From positions 13,888,001 to 13,952,000 of the forward strand of contig CP075494.1 of assembly GCA_021613535.1 (NCBI GenBank): 64,000 nt of DNA. The letters run 5' to 3'. The position numbers were made by a program, and so were the translations under genes. The notes under the pieces were generated by a model. The model had not been told where the DNA came from and did not search any database. It saw nothing but the letters and a program-made list of their open reading frames with translations. Source of the DNA: Adineta vaga. Its lineage: Eukaryota > Animalia > Rotifera. Below are positions 28,901 to 41,396 of this stretch, in pieces (the stretch's first letter is position 1; every line of letters starts with the position of its first letter).

Positions 28901-30251
28901 GACCAGACTTGCACATGCATTGAAAATTGTTGAATTGTTATTCTTACTACACTCGTCATTTTATCGATTAATACAAATAAAATAAAATAAAATGAAAGAA
29001 TATATATATATGGCATGTCAGTTTGTTTCCAGGAAAGGAAATAACTAAGGTGCTGATTCTTTGTTCGATAGCATGATTGTATGTCGAGCCGATAAAACGT
29101 CGAGCCGTCATTTATTCTTATTGCCTAAATCGTTTGACTAACTTCATAGTACGTCATTCACTTTCTTACAGATAGAACCGAGTTTTTTGAGCAAAACGTT
29201 CTCTCGTCTTCTTCTTCTTCTTCTTCTTCTTTTTTTGCTTGTCATATTTCTCTCGGAAAAAAAACGCTCGCATATTCTCTTTCGTTGTCGTTATAATATT
29301 TCCTACTCTTTTCTCTCGCTCTACTGAGTAATTGTTACTCAACTAAACAAGAAGAAGGGAGAGAGAGAGAGAAAAAAAGAAAGAATACATAGAAACAAAG
29401 CAAGTTGATGATTGAAGGATTCGGAACTGCCTCTCACACGTTAATGTGCGTGTAACTATGCATGTCGATCTGCTCTCTATTATCATTCAATCTATTCAAG
29501 AAGAAATTGAGACAATTTTCATTATTTAATTTGCTGGTCGAATCGAAACAAAATGGCACTCGATAAGGTAACACAATTTGCATAGTTATTAATATGGCAA
29601 ATATTAAGTAGTTCATTTTGACCTTACAATAAAATAATTTGTCGTTTTCCCTTTCTTCATCTGGCATATATATATTTATCTTAAGTCTATGCATTCTTTC
29701 AAGGATCATATTAACCCAAAATTTCTTTTTCGTACATTGGTATCTATTCATGAGTTTTATCGACCTTTGATAAGGTATGACTTTGCTTTTTTCTGTTTCT
29801 TCATTGTCAAATACAGGTTTATTTAGATGAGGTAAATAAGGTATTTGAGAGAATTAAAAATTGTCAATATCAACGTAGTTAGATATTGTTTGAATTGGAA
29901 AGAAAATGAACATGGATTTGTCATGTTTTTCCGAACAAAGTAACGAGCTTTCTTGTTCCTGTTAATGACATGTTGAACAAGATGCAGATGAACCAGAAGA
30001 ACTAAAAAGTTGACAAAGTTAAATACGAATGAATAGAATTTGATTCATTTATTTCTTTATTCAAGTCGAGTTTGTCATCATTAAGTAATTGTCTTGACAA
30101 GAAATACTTGACAGTTAAGAGATGTTTTACAAACTATCATCTGGTATTTATCGAGATTTTTTTAATTTGTTATATCGATTCTTCTTTTTTTTTCTAAGTA
30201 CATTTCTTGTTCTTCTAGTCAAATAAAGATCCATCAACGCCCTTTCGGGCT

Positions 30252-31209
30252 ATGCCCGATCAAAGTACAGATTATCGAATTGTTGTACTTGGCAGTGCTG
30301 GCGTTGGTAAATTTTTTAAAGATAAAATCGTTTAAATTTCTGATCATCTTATTCTCTAGGTAAAACAAACTGTGTTCTTCGATTTGTCAATGGACAATTT
30401 CGTGAAAATTACATCCCAACTATTGAGGATACCTATCGACAAGTCGTTTCATGCAATAAACAAATAACTACTTTACAAATAACTGATACGTATGTGTAAT
30501 TATTTCATTTCATATGCAGAAATAAATATTCTTTTTCAGAACTGGTACACATCAATTTCCAGCGATGCAACGATTAAGTATTCAAAAAGGTCATGCTTTT
30601 ATGTTACTCTATTCGATAACAAGTAAACAAACATTAGAAGAATTAAAACCTATCTATGTACAAATACGTGAAATAAAAGCGGATCAACAATGTGATACGC
30701 CTATTTTATTAGTCGGTTGTAAATCAGATGAAACCGCATGTCGCGAAGTAACAGAAAATCTTGGTAAACAATTAGCAACACATTGGTCCTGTGCCTGGAT
30801 AGAAACATCAGCAAAAACGAATACAAATATTCGCGAAGCCTTTCAAGAATTACTTAAATTAGATAAAAAACGACAATTTAATTTTAATGTTGATCAAGAT
30901 GGTCATTTACTTGAAGAGAATGGAAGTACACCTACACCATCATCTCCTGCATTATATGGTGGAAAACGATTAGTTATAACAAATTCAAGTTCATCAACGA
31001 CAACTAATAGTGGTAGTAATCAAAATATAACTGAAACGACAACAACCGGTGCTGTTGTGACACGACCAACAACGCCGGTTCGAACATCAGTTCCAGGCAA
31101 TACGAAAAAAACTTCACGAAATTTACTTGATCAAAATGATCCAAAGAAAAATTTCAATTCTGATACATCATCAAATCGAGCATCGGCTCGTAAATGTCTG
31201 ATTATGTAA
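30252..31209 (+). CDS. DIRAS: GTP-binding protein Di-Ras; 3 coding exons
   Basis: [21 protein letters not shown]...[47 protein letters not shown]...ETSAK, ending in CaaX CLIM. Confidence 0.93.
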
Positions 31210-32074
31210 AACAAAACAGAAAAAAAATGAAGAAACTAAACATGTCTTTTTCTTATCCGTGTATTTGTCTAGAAATCTCTTTTTATGTATTTATTTTTAT
31301 ATAATGGCTGCGAGTATCCATTTTGTAACAGTCGATGACAGATTTTTTTTTTCTATAAGAAAACACGATAATATATCACTTTACAGATTATGATATTTTT
31401 TAACTTTTGTTTTCGTAAAGATTTCAATTCATAGAATCAATTACGGGAAAACAAAGTCGAATCTCAATTGAATAGAATTGAAGAAAACATTTCCCTCTCA
31501 GCTGTTCATGTCAACTTATATTAATTTACTGTCAATATACTAAAGGAGTTTTTGATTTTGATTCAATCTTCTCGATAGATGGTAAACAAATCGTCACATT
31601 CAGCTGTTGTCAATAAAATTTAATGTTCTCTATGATCGATTGATTGTTCGATGAACCGAAATATTCGGTACAAAATATTTGAAAAACAATGAAAGATTAA
31701 GAGTTAATTTTCCTTTCAAAAAGTCTTCCCTTTCATTAAACGGCAAAAATCAACAACATATTTCGGAAGTCTTCAACTTCCTTCTTATCTTTTTCTTCTC
31801 AGTCGACATCATGCCGAATTCTTTCTTTATACTTTTTATTTGATTATTATTCAATTGATTTTTCGGTTAGACCATTCTCCAGGGATAATAGAATTTCTTT
31901 TTCAATTAGACGATCTTCTTCTTCTTTTTCTGTTTAACGAATATATTTTTCATAAAAAAAAAGCACAGTTCAGAATAAACTGACAAACGAAATTATCAGT
32001 TATAAAAAAGAAAGAAGATTTGACACACACACACACACACAAACACACGTACACGCATAAAGATGCGCGAATAC

Positions 32075-34381
32075 TCAGTTGATTTTTGTTCCAGTAATTT
32101 GATTAATATCATAGATTTGTGACCAATCAATTCGAGGATATCGAAGTAATGTCATTAAACGAAAACAACCAAATGTTTCCAAGAAATTTTTTATGATTTG
32201 ATTTCGAAATGGATTATGAAATTTACCTGTATTTTCATCACGAAAATAAGTGTAACGAAAACCTATCAAACGTTCATTTAATGTTACACCCAAATAAACC
32301 GAATTATACAAATGAAATATCGTCATAAATGTCACCCAAATTGAATTTAATGATGTTAACAAGAGCATATAATTAAACCATGGATCATAAACTTTAGTGA
32401 AGATTTCTTTCATCGTATAATTTTCATAATCATGTGATACATGACCAATTGTTGCATATAACCAAAAGAAGATTCCAGCAGTAGCACATGTTAATATGCG
32501 AATAAAATAAAAATAATTACGACCACCAATGCAAGCGTCAAGCCTAAAAGAAATTCAATCATCGATATTAAATAGATCCGTGTCGATCAGTCAACTTACC
32601 AAGTACAATGATGATCAAATTTCGCTACACAAGCTCCATCCATTGGACAATGTTTGGATCTTAATGGTCGACGAATAAGACAAGTCACACAAAAATGTTC
32701 TAATGTCCATCTTGGATCACGTGCAAATGCAATACAAATCTTTTCTCGTGTTAAATTTGCTCCATCAATATTCATTGTTTGTTGTTTTATAAACCCAGGA
32801 TTATATTTCTTCGTACAATGAAATGAATATATACCAGATAATGTAACGAAATGATAACATAGATGTCTTAATGTCCATTGATTATCTTGTAAATAAAGAA
32901 TATATGTTCCATACATAAGAAATGTTGTTGATAAAACATATGCAAATGCAAAATTATCTTTCGTATATTCATCGAAAACATAATAACTGAATACATGTGA
33001 TAAACAAAAAATAATAACAATTGGTGATATAATGCGCACCCAATAAGAATATTCAGTTGAATTAGCTGATATACCAATTAATATTATGCAGAAAAACATG
33101 AAAAATCGTGTTAACCATCGACGAACAAATTTACTAGTGAAATATCTTTGTAAAAATTTTGGTTTAGTATCAATTTTCGTTGCACGAATTCGATCTTCAA
33201 GCTGTTCAGCAGCTTCTAAATTACGTCGTACGCGTGCAAATGTTAATGCATCACAATTATCGGAATTTTTTATATGAATATTAATTTGTGGATTTTTGAG
33301 TAGAACATGAAAACTAATTGCATTTTGGTTATTAATCGAAAAATGAAATGCCGTATAATGACGTGTTGGTTCTTGATAGTTAACGTTGGCACCAAATGTT
33401 AATAAGAATTGTGTACAAGAAACATGTGTCGATTCAGGACCAGGAACATAATCTGGTGGTGGACCAAGACATGAATAAATTAAAGGAGTAAAGTTTCTTC
33501 CATCAAGACAATCAACATCAACACCAGAACCAAGAAGATATGCAAGAATTTTAATTTGACCATATTGAGAAGCAAGATGAATTGGTTGAATGCTATTAAT
33601 ATCAGTGGATTGGATATCTGCTTGATTATCCACGAGAAGAAAAAAAGCTTCTATACATCCTTGTCGACCTATAAATTTGACAAAGAAAATGTTTATAATA
33701 TTTAAGTTCAGTAGAATTAATCATCATCAAAACAAAAACACTAGACGCAATTAGATTGGTTTCAAATTTGATCACGCGAGCGTCGTATACACGTTGTCTG
33801 AAATTTTCTCTCTTTTATTGCTGGCTAAAGAAATATCTCTAAACTAACAGCAATCGTTACGCGATTTAAGATAAACTTTGAAGATTTTACATACATGCCC
33901 AATGCAATGGTGTAGATTTCAGATCACCACCTTTGGCATCAACTTCAGCACCTTTAGCAATCAGATATCGCATAATTTCCACATGATTATTAATTGCTGC
34001 CCAATGTAACAAATAACATCCTTCTGCATCCGGTGTATTCACATCGACTTTTCCACTTTCAAGAATTTCTTTAATACGTTCTAATTCATTATATTGTACA
34101 GCTTGTACGATGGACATTTCGGCAGCTGGTGGTTTAGGTGGTGGTTCAGGAACAGGTTGAGAAAAATGTGCTGGTGTATGTGCATGTCCACACGTTCCCG
34201 AATGATTATGTGAGTGTCCATGTCCCTGACGATTAGAATTCATTGCAGCTGTTTGCATCATATTTGCATGCATGGCTTGGAGTTGAGCAAACATTTCTGG
34301 ATTAGTTTCTTTTAGTTGAGCCAACGCTGCTGCTTGTTCAGTTGGTGACATATTCGGACGTATAAAATTATTATTCATCAT
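32075..34381 (-). CDS. ZDHHC17: Ankyrin-repeat DHHC palmitoyltransferase (HIP14 / ZDHHC17/13 family)
   Basis: Ankyrin repeats ([23 protein letters not shown]), transmembrane segments, [16 protein letters not shown]...[14 protein letters not shown] and GVTLNER...NPF. Three coding exons. Confidence 0.9.
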
Positions 34382-35035
34382 GTTAACTTTTCGTTCTAAA
34401 TTTTGGTGTTAATGTTTGTCCGTTTGATCTACTAGGTTATACTGTTGCTGGTATTGTTGTTGTTGTTGTCATTGTCGTCAGTACTGTTGCTACCATTAAA
34501 ATCTACAAAACTTGAAAGGAAAGAAGAAAAAAAAAAAGAAAGAAACGAGACATGACAACTTTTTTTTAATCGTTCTTTAATCAAAAGAGACGAATGATTC
34601 GTCTTGACAACATGAATAAAAAGTATGGAATCGATTTTTGTCAAAATTAAGATGTCTTTAAATTTTATTTACGTATTTTTTTGGAATTAATTTTAAATTT
34701 AAAGAATAAACAATCAGAACGGGAAAAAAAAGATTATTTATTCTAAATTGCCATAAAATATCATTGGTTATTATATAAACCAATCGAATTATTCCAGTCG
34801 ATGTAAGTTCTTTCGTTCGTATAACTGAAAGATAATAAATAATTTATTTCTTTTTAGGTTAGTAAGATTACATGCTTTTTTTTAAAAATGTCTCTACTTT
34901 TTTTGTTTTATCGACAATCTCGATAGGAACTTTAGATGTTTTCTTCGAATATACACGACATTGAATTCATTGAAAAAAAAAGACACGCTCTAATAAAATC
35001 ATCTTCGTTCCTTTTTTTTTGTAGATTATTCCATC

Positions 35036-36377
35036 ATGGATATATTAGGTTTAGGATCAAAAATTGAAGCAGAATTTATACTTGATCCTCATGGTCAACG
35101 TAAACAGGTTGAAGTTAAACTTGATGAAGCAAAACGAGCATTACAATATATTTATTACGATGGAGAAGATGTTAATGGATTGGTAAAAGAAATCAATAGA
35201 TCGATTCATTTTCATTTTAATAAAGAATGTTTATATTTAGGTACAAATTAAATTAAAGAAAAACAGTAAAGTAGAACATCAAGGTGTACGATTGGAATTG
35301 ATTGGACATATTGGTAAGTACATGGTTTTTTTTTCTAAAAGCTTTCCTGTCAAGATTAGATTGATGTTTTGTTTTTTTCCAGAATTGCTCAATGATCGAA
35401 GTACTGTTCATGAATTTCTTAATCTTTCGAAATTACTTGCATTTCCTGGTGATTTAACTGAAAGTACATCTATGGATTTTGCTTTTCCAAATGTTGAAAA
35501 ACCATATGAATCTTATATGGGTATTAATGTCAAATTAAGGTATTTATTTATTTATTCATTAACAAATAAAACTTTCTTTTTCAACTATTCTTTAGATATT
35601 TTCTTCGTTTAACAATAATTAAACGTTTTTCTAATAATGTCTTCGAACGTGATATATGTGTTCAACAATTATCCCAATATCCTGAATTAAATAATAGTAT
35701 TAAAATGGAAGTTGGTATTGAAGATTGTTTACATATTGAATTTGAATATAATAAATCGAAATATCATTTGAAAGATGTTATTGTTGGAAAGATTTATTTT
35801 CTACTTGTTCGTATTAAAATTAAACATATGGAAATTGCTATATTAAAAAAAGAAAATACAGGTAGTGGACCGAATATCTACACAGAAAATGAAACAATTG
35901 CAAAATATGAAATCATGGATGGTGCTCCTGTTCGAGGTAGAAATGTTTCATTTGATGAAGAAAGAAAAACACGTGTTTTATCGAACTTTCAAATTTAGGT
36001 GAAAGCATTCCAATTCGATTATTTTTGGGTGGTTACGATTTAACACCAACAATGAAAGATGTTCAAAAGAAATTTTCTGTTCGATATTTTCTCAATTTGG
36101 TTTTAGTTGATGAAGAAGAACGACGTTATTTCAAACAACAAGTAGAATCAATCTTATTTTTTCTAAAAATGATTTTCTTCTTCTTTGCTCTTAGGAAATT
36201 GTTCTTTGGAGAAAACAAGATAAAGATAAAGATAAAACTAAACAATCATCTAAACAATATGCTCATTATGAACGACCGACAGCTACTAATAATAAATTTG
36301 AAGATAATCAGGAGGACAATTCAACTGCTAATGGACTTTTATCACCGGAAAATAATAGTGATACACTCAGTGATTGA
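35036..36377 (+). CDS. VPS26: Retromer subunit VPS26; multi-exon
   Basis: [121 protein letters not shown]. Confidence 0.96.
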
Positions 36378-36656
36378 TAATTCCTATTCTATATATACAT
36401 TACCGCATTTGAACATTCTCTCTATATTTTCCATGTATTTGTGTGTTTTTCCTATCGATTGTTTTTCTTATGATGATGATGATTTCTTTTTATTCGATAT
36501 GCAATTTATTCTCGTGACGATTGGAATTGAGTAACATACATTTCTTGACCTAGTCGATTACTTATTTGATTATCGGTTGTTTTTCATAATTCTATCTTTT
36601 AGTATATAAAAAAAAAGAACTTGAAGAACAATTTTCCTAATATTTCTTGCAGAATA

Positions 36657-38062
36657 ATGATCGAAGAAATAACCAATAAATCTTTCTCATGTAAATTATG
36701 TACGAATGAAACCAAACAAAATTTATGTATAGCAAATTGTATTGGATGTAAAGATTTATTTTGTTATGAACATTTAATTCAACATCGAAAACAATCAATC
36801 AATCATTTAGAAGAAGTTATTCAACGTCATGCAACTATCAATGATAATACATTTGCTCAATTGAATATAAATCAACATTTCGAATATATCGATCGATGGG
36901 AAATTGAAACAATTGATTTAATACATAAACATACAAAAGATGTGAAAGAAAAACTTCGTATTATTTTTCAAACATATAAATTGGAATTACAACAATTTCA
37001 TGTCATGCTTGGAGAAGAACTTGAACATCAACGAAATCTTAAAATATGTATAGAACAAAATCTTAAAATATGTATAGAACAAAATCTTAATAATTTATCA
37101 CAACAAATCGAACAATTATATAAAGAAATTCAACAAATGAATAAAGTGATTTATCATATGAGTAATAAAGAATTATATCAAATAATTGATAAATTTAATC
37201 TTTCAACAAGTACTCTTGGTAATTTCTAAGTTACGATATGAAATGAAAATTTCATTTACATTTTCTAGGAAAGCCAGTACAATGGACTTATTTACATGAA
37301 ATAAAACTTGATTCTACTTACGGTTATATGGCTGCTAATAATGAACAGATATTTCTTGGTTGGAAAAATCGTATTGTAATTTATAATCTCAACGGTACAA
37401 AACATGATGAAACACGTTTACAATCAACGGAAATCTATGGAGAATTATGTGATATTATATGGTCGACATCTATGCAACGATTTTTTATTTTATGTCAAAA
37501 ATCTTTATTTATACATTATCCATCAAGTAGGCAAGTTGAAATCATAGGAAATATTTCGTTAATAAATCAAGATAATGAATACACTTCAATAACAACATTT
37601 GATAATAAACTTATTTTATTAACAAAACAATGTCTTGAAATTTGGCATTTGAATAATGATACATTTCATTTAAGTAATTCAATTCTTATATCAATTATTC
37701 TTAAAAATCCATGTGAAGAAAGTATCTGTTGTATACGTACAAATAATCAACATTTAGCTATACTTATACAAAACGAACAAACACATACATGGCGTTTAGA
37801 TTTATTTAATTTTCATCCTTTCTCTCGTCTTCATATAGGTACAGCATTTGATCGTTATAAACAAACTAATCTTGGTTTGTTAACTACGTTTTGTGATAAA
37901 ATATATCTTTTTATGAATTGGGAAACAAAATTAATGCGTTTAATCGATCAAAATGGTCTTAATGAATTGATTGATTTCAATGCCTATAATGCATGTTTAG
38001 TTGGTACCCAACGGATGATTGTAGTCAATTATATGACTTATTTAAAAATTTATGCATTTTGA
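36657..38062 (+). CDS. B-box-like zinc finger, coiled coil and beta-rich C-terminal domain (TRIM-like lineage-expanded family); 2 exons
   Basis: CKLC...CIGCKDLFCYEHLIQHR, IDRWEIETIDLI coiled coil, intron about 37219-37268, then a beta-strand-rich region with DIIWSTSMQRFFIL. Confidence 0.7.
37034..37090 (+). repeat. 24-bp in-frame tandem duplication (NLKICIEQ x2)
   Basis: aaatcttaaaatatgtatagaaca occurs twice exactly, plus a partial third copy. Confidence 0.9.
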
Positions 38063-38198
38063 TAACGTGCTATTGCCATCTCCTTTCTCTCTCTCTCTCT
38101 CTTTCGATAGATTTAGGTGTATTTTTTTAATGTGATATTTGAAATATATTGTTGTTTTTCGCTCATACGCTAGATGCGTTTATCTGAATATTTTCTAG

Positions 38199-39872
38199 AT
38201 GACTACGACGAAAGATAATAAACGAGTGACTCATTTAGTTGTTGATTCAAGTGCATTCATTCGACAAGCACCATTACAGGTTTGTACTATGATACAAAAT
38301 GAAATCATATCGAATGATGTCTTGTTTAGAATCTAACTGATACAGTTTATACTGTCGAAGATGTTGTTAGAGAAATACGTGATATTAAAACACGAGAATC
38401 ACTTAATGTTGTTCTCTACACACTCAAATTTAAAGAACCAAGTACAGATGCGATACGATTTGGTAAGAATCTTTCTTTTTTTCGAGTTTCAGTAATGATT
38501 CAATCAGTGTATTTCGTTTCTTAGTAACAAACTATGCGAAGAAAACCGGTGATTATGCATTTTTATCAGCCGTTGATCTTCGATTATTAGCATTAACGTA
38601 TCAACTTTATCAGGAAAATGTTGGAACAGATAATCTCAATTTAGAACCGAAAATAAATGTAAGTTGTGAAAGAACTGATGACATATACATAACTGTTATG
38701 TTTTATTATAGGCATCGATACCTAGTTCAACAACATCATTCGGTAATAATGGAATCAAATTAGCTGGTTTTGTTGTCCCAAAACATGTAATAGGATAAAA
38801 CAATTGAATACCTAGAAAATATATTGTATATTTATTTTTAAGGAAGAAAATGAAGATCAAAATTCAGTGAAACCAACAACTGAAAGTCCAATTGAAAAAC
38901 AAGAAGAAGATGAAGAGAATGGCGAGGAAGAAGAAGAAGAAGAGGAGGAGGAGGAAGAAGAAGTAGAAAATGAAGATATTCAATCATTTGTTACTGCATA
39001 TGATAATGAACATGATCATCTAACCGAATCAGTTGGTGATCTTCATCTTGGTCATGATGATGATGGTAAGCAAGATTTGTAAAGAGAAATTGCAGTTTTG
39101 ATAATCTTTTCTCTTTATTTACCAAGGTTGGATAACTCCATCGAATATTAAAATTGTTAAATCTAAAGCTTTCGACAATGGAGCAACTGATAACAGTGAA
39201 AATGTACATGAAAATCTACCTGTTGCTTGTATTACTACAGACTTTTCTATGCAGGTAACTATATTACTTTAGAATTCAAAACTTCGAATACAGATGGATT
39301 CTTTTTTCACAAAAGAATATTCTCATTCAAATGGGTGTTCCTGTTCTTTCTGTCGATGGTCTTCTCATTCGAACAGCTCGTAGTTATGCATTAAAATGTC
39401 GTGTTTGTCCTGGGTAAGATTAGCTACATCGTGAAAATATCCTATCGTCGCTTTATATTCGTTTGTTTTTATCTAGTGTTACTCGTCAGATGACAAAAAA
39501 ATTCTGTCCAGAATGTGGCAATCCATCATTACAACGAGCAAGTGTCACAGTTGATCCATCTGGTCAACGTCATTATTGTTTAACTGGTCGTTATCGACCG
39601 CAACCACGTGTATGTGCAGTTTCATCTATTTGCAAATATCCTCCTAATTGATTTTCTTCTAGCAATCATTGCCATTGCCACGTGGTGGTAAACACGCAAA
39701 TAATCCAATACGTGTCGAAGGACAGCCACGACCACAAAATCGTCCTACAAGAAAATCTCTGATGAAACGAAATGTTTTAGATGAAGATTTTCTCGTAAAT
39801 TCATCACCATTTGCTGTTCATGATATATACAGTCGTGCAGCAACACTTGGTATCAAACCAACAAGACGATAG
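38199..39872 (+). CDS. NOB1: RNA-binding protein NOB1 (18S site D endonuclease; PIN and zinc ribbon)
   Basis: HLVVDSSAFIR, AKKTGDYAFLSAVDLRLLALTYQL, acidic insert, DDGWITPSNI, VACITTDFSMQNILIQMG, CRVC...FCPECGN, LPLPRGGKHANNP. Confidence 0.95.
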
Positions 39873-40277
39873 TGAATCATCGAAAAGAAATTTTCTATTA
39901 TTTTTCTTTTGTTTTGTTTGTCACTTGTTTTCATCGATGTGTGACTGACTTAATATAAAAGAAACGAAAAAAAAAAAAGAAAAAATAATCAAATCTATGA
40001 TGAACCATGTCTGCCTTATATCTTATATAGATAAACAAAAGAACGTAAGAGAAAATGGAGGCGAGAGAAAGAGAAATTTGTGGACGTGTACGATCTTCTT
40101 TTTCTTCTAACTATTATCGATAAAACGAGTTCGCCGATGCTTTTCATCACAAGTTTGTGAGAAAGGCAAAGTGAAAAAGTAAGTCTAGATGATTCAGTGA
40201 TCATATCTTTATTTATTCTTTGATTATTAGTGTCCGAGTTTGAACAATCTGAAACATTGGAGTCAGGTCCAACACCA

Positions 40278-40769
40278 ATGACACGTGATTTTATCGGTCT
40301 ATGTATCGGTATACTCTCTGTTGTGATTGTCATTCTGATTGTTGCTATATGCAAATGGTCTCGTTGTCTATGTTTAAAAAATTCTAATGATACAGATGAA
40401 CATAATGAAGTCTTTTCATCTATTCTACAACATAATGCATCAACACCACATCGACAATCACAACAACGCCATTTTAATCATAATCATCATCATCAATCAC
40501 AACAATACCAACAAGAACAACGTACATCATCTTGTGATCATCGTCCTAGTAATATCTATCAACATATAAGTAATACTAGAAATGATGCTATTTCACCAGT
40601 TCAATCAGTTAATAATAATGGATATCGTCTCAATGATTTAAAAGTACCTCGAGTAACAATAACAACTTTACCCGTACAACCAACTCAACAACTTGTTCCA
40701 CGTCTTTCGATTAGTCCACAAGTATCCGGCTCATCGATTACACGTAGTAGTTATTCACTTAAACAGTAA
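40278..40769 (+). CDS. Small single-pass membrane protein with disordered His/Gln-rich tail
   Basis: MTRDFIGLCIGILSVVIVILIVAICKWSRCLCLK: N-terminal transmembrane helix with juxtamembrane cysteines. An upstream intron at about 40178-40230 suggests it is transcribed. Start uncertain. Confidence 0.6.
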   Translation: MTRDFIGLCIGILSVVIVILIVAICKWSRCLCLKNSNDTDEHNEVFSSILQHNASTPHRQSQQRHFNHNHHHQSQQYQQEQRTSSCDHRPSNIYQHISNTRNDAISPVQSVNNNGYRLNDLKVPRVTITTLPVQPTQQLVPRLSISPQVSGSSITRSSYSLKQ

Positions 40770-41108
40770 CTTTTAGAAACAACAGTTCTTTTTTTTTTGT
40801 ATCCTCGCTGTCCTTTTTCTCTGAAAGGAAAAAGACTTTTTATACAAAAAGATGTTTTATATTGATTATAATAGTAAAAGATATGATAGAAAAGTTTTAT
40901 TTATATGAAGTTTGATCTAATTTCGTTGCTTTTTTTTATCTAAAACATACCAGCAAACTAACATTAAGATTTTGTTCATTAACAAATGCTTATATCTATT
41001 GAATTCAATACTTCATTCTACAATTAGACTCGTTTAAAATATTAAGTCAAAGATACATGTAGCGTTTCTTTTAGATATCATGTCATGTCAGTTTTAAAGC
41101 AAAGATGA

Positions 41109-41119
41109 TAGATGGCGCC
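41109..41119 (+). promoter_or_regulatory. CTCF-like motif TAGATGGCGCC upstream of the GANP-like gene
   Basis: Same core, about 280 bp before the ATG at 41397. Confidence 0.4.
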
Positions 41120-41396
41120 TTTATATTTCGTCAGACAAATGAAATTTCCGAATTCTATCTTTATTACTGATATAAATTTTGTTTCTTAAGTGAAAAAGAT
41201 ATGTTAGTAGAGTATACTCTATTTGATTAATATGTATGACTAACAATATTTTAATATTTTTCGTACGTGTATCATTACTGGTTATTTCGTATAACAAATC
41301 GAACAGAATTGAATAGGTTCTTTCATTCACTCTTTGTTTGTTTGCTTCATGAACTATTTTATGAATTGATTTTGTTTCGCAGATAATCGAATCGAC

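Noticed and set aside
29083-29107. gtcgagccg direct repeat upstream of DIRAS
   Set aside because: Only two 9-bp copies, which cannot be distinguished from chance.
36025-36534. 169-aa ORF suggesting a hydrophobic VPS26 C terminus
   Set aside because: Intron read-through. Splicing at about 36142-36195 restores EIVLWRK and a stop at 36377.
38900-38975. Poly-Glu GAA/GAG run
   Set aside because: This is the normal acidic insert of NOB1.
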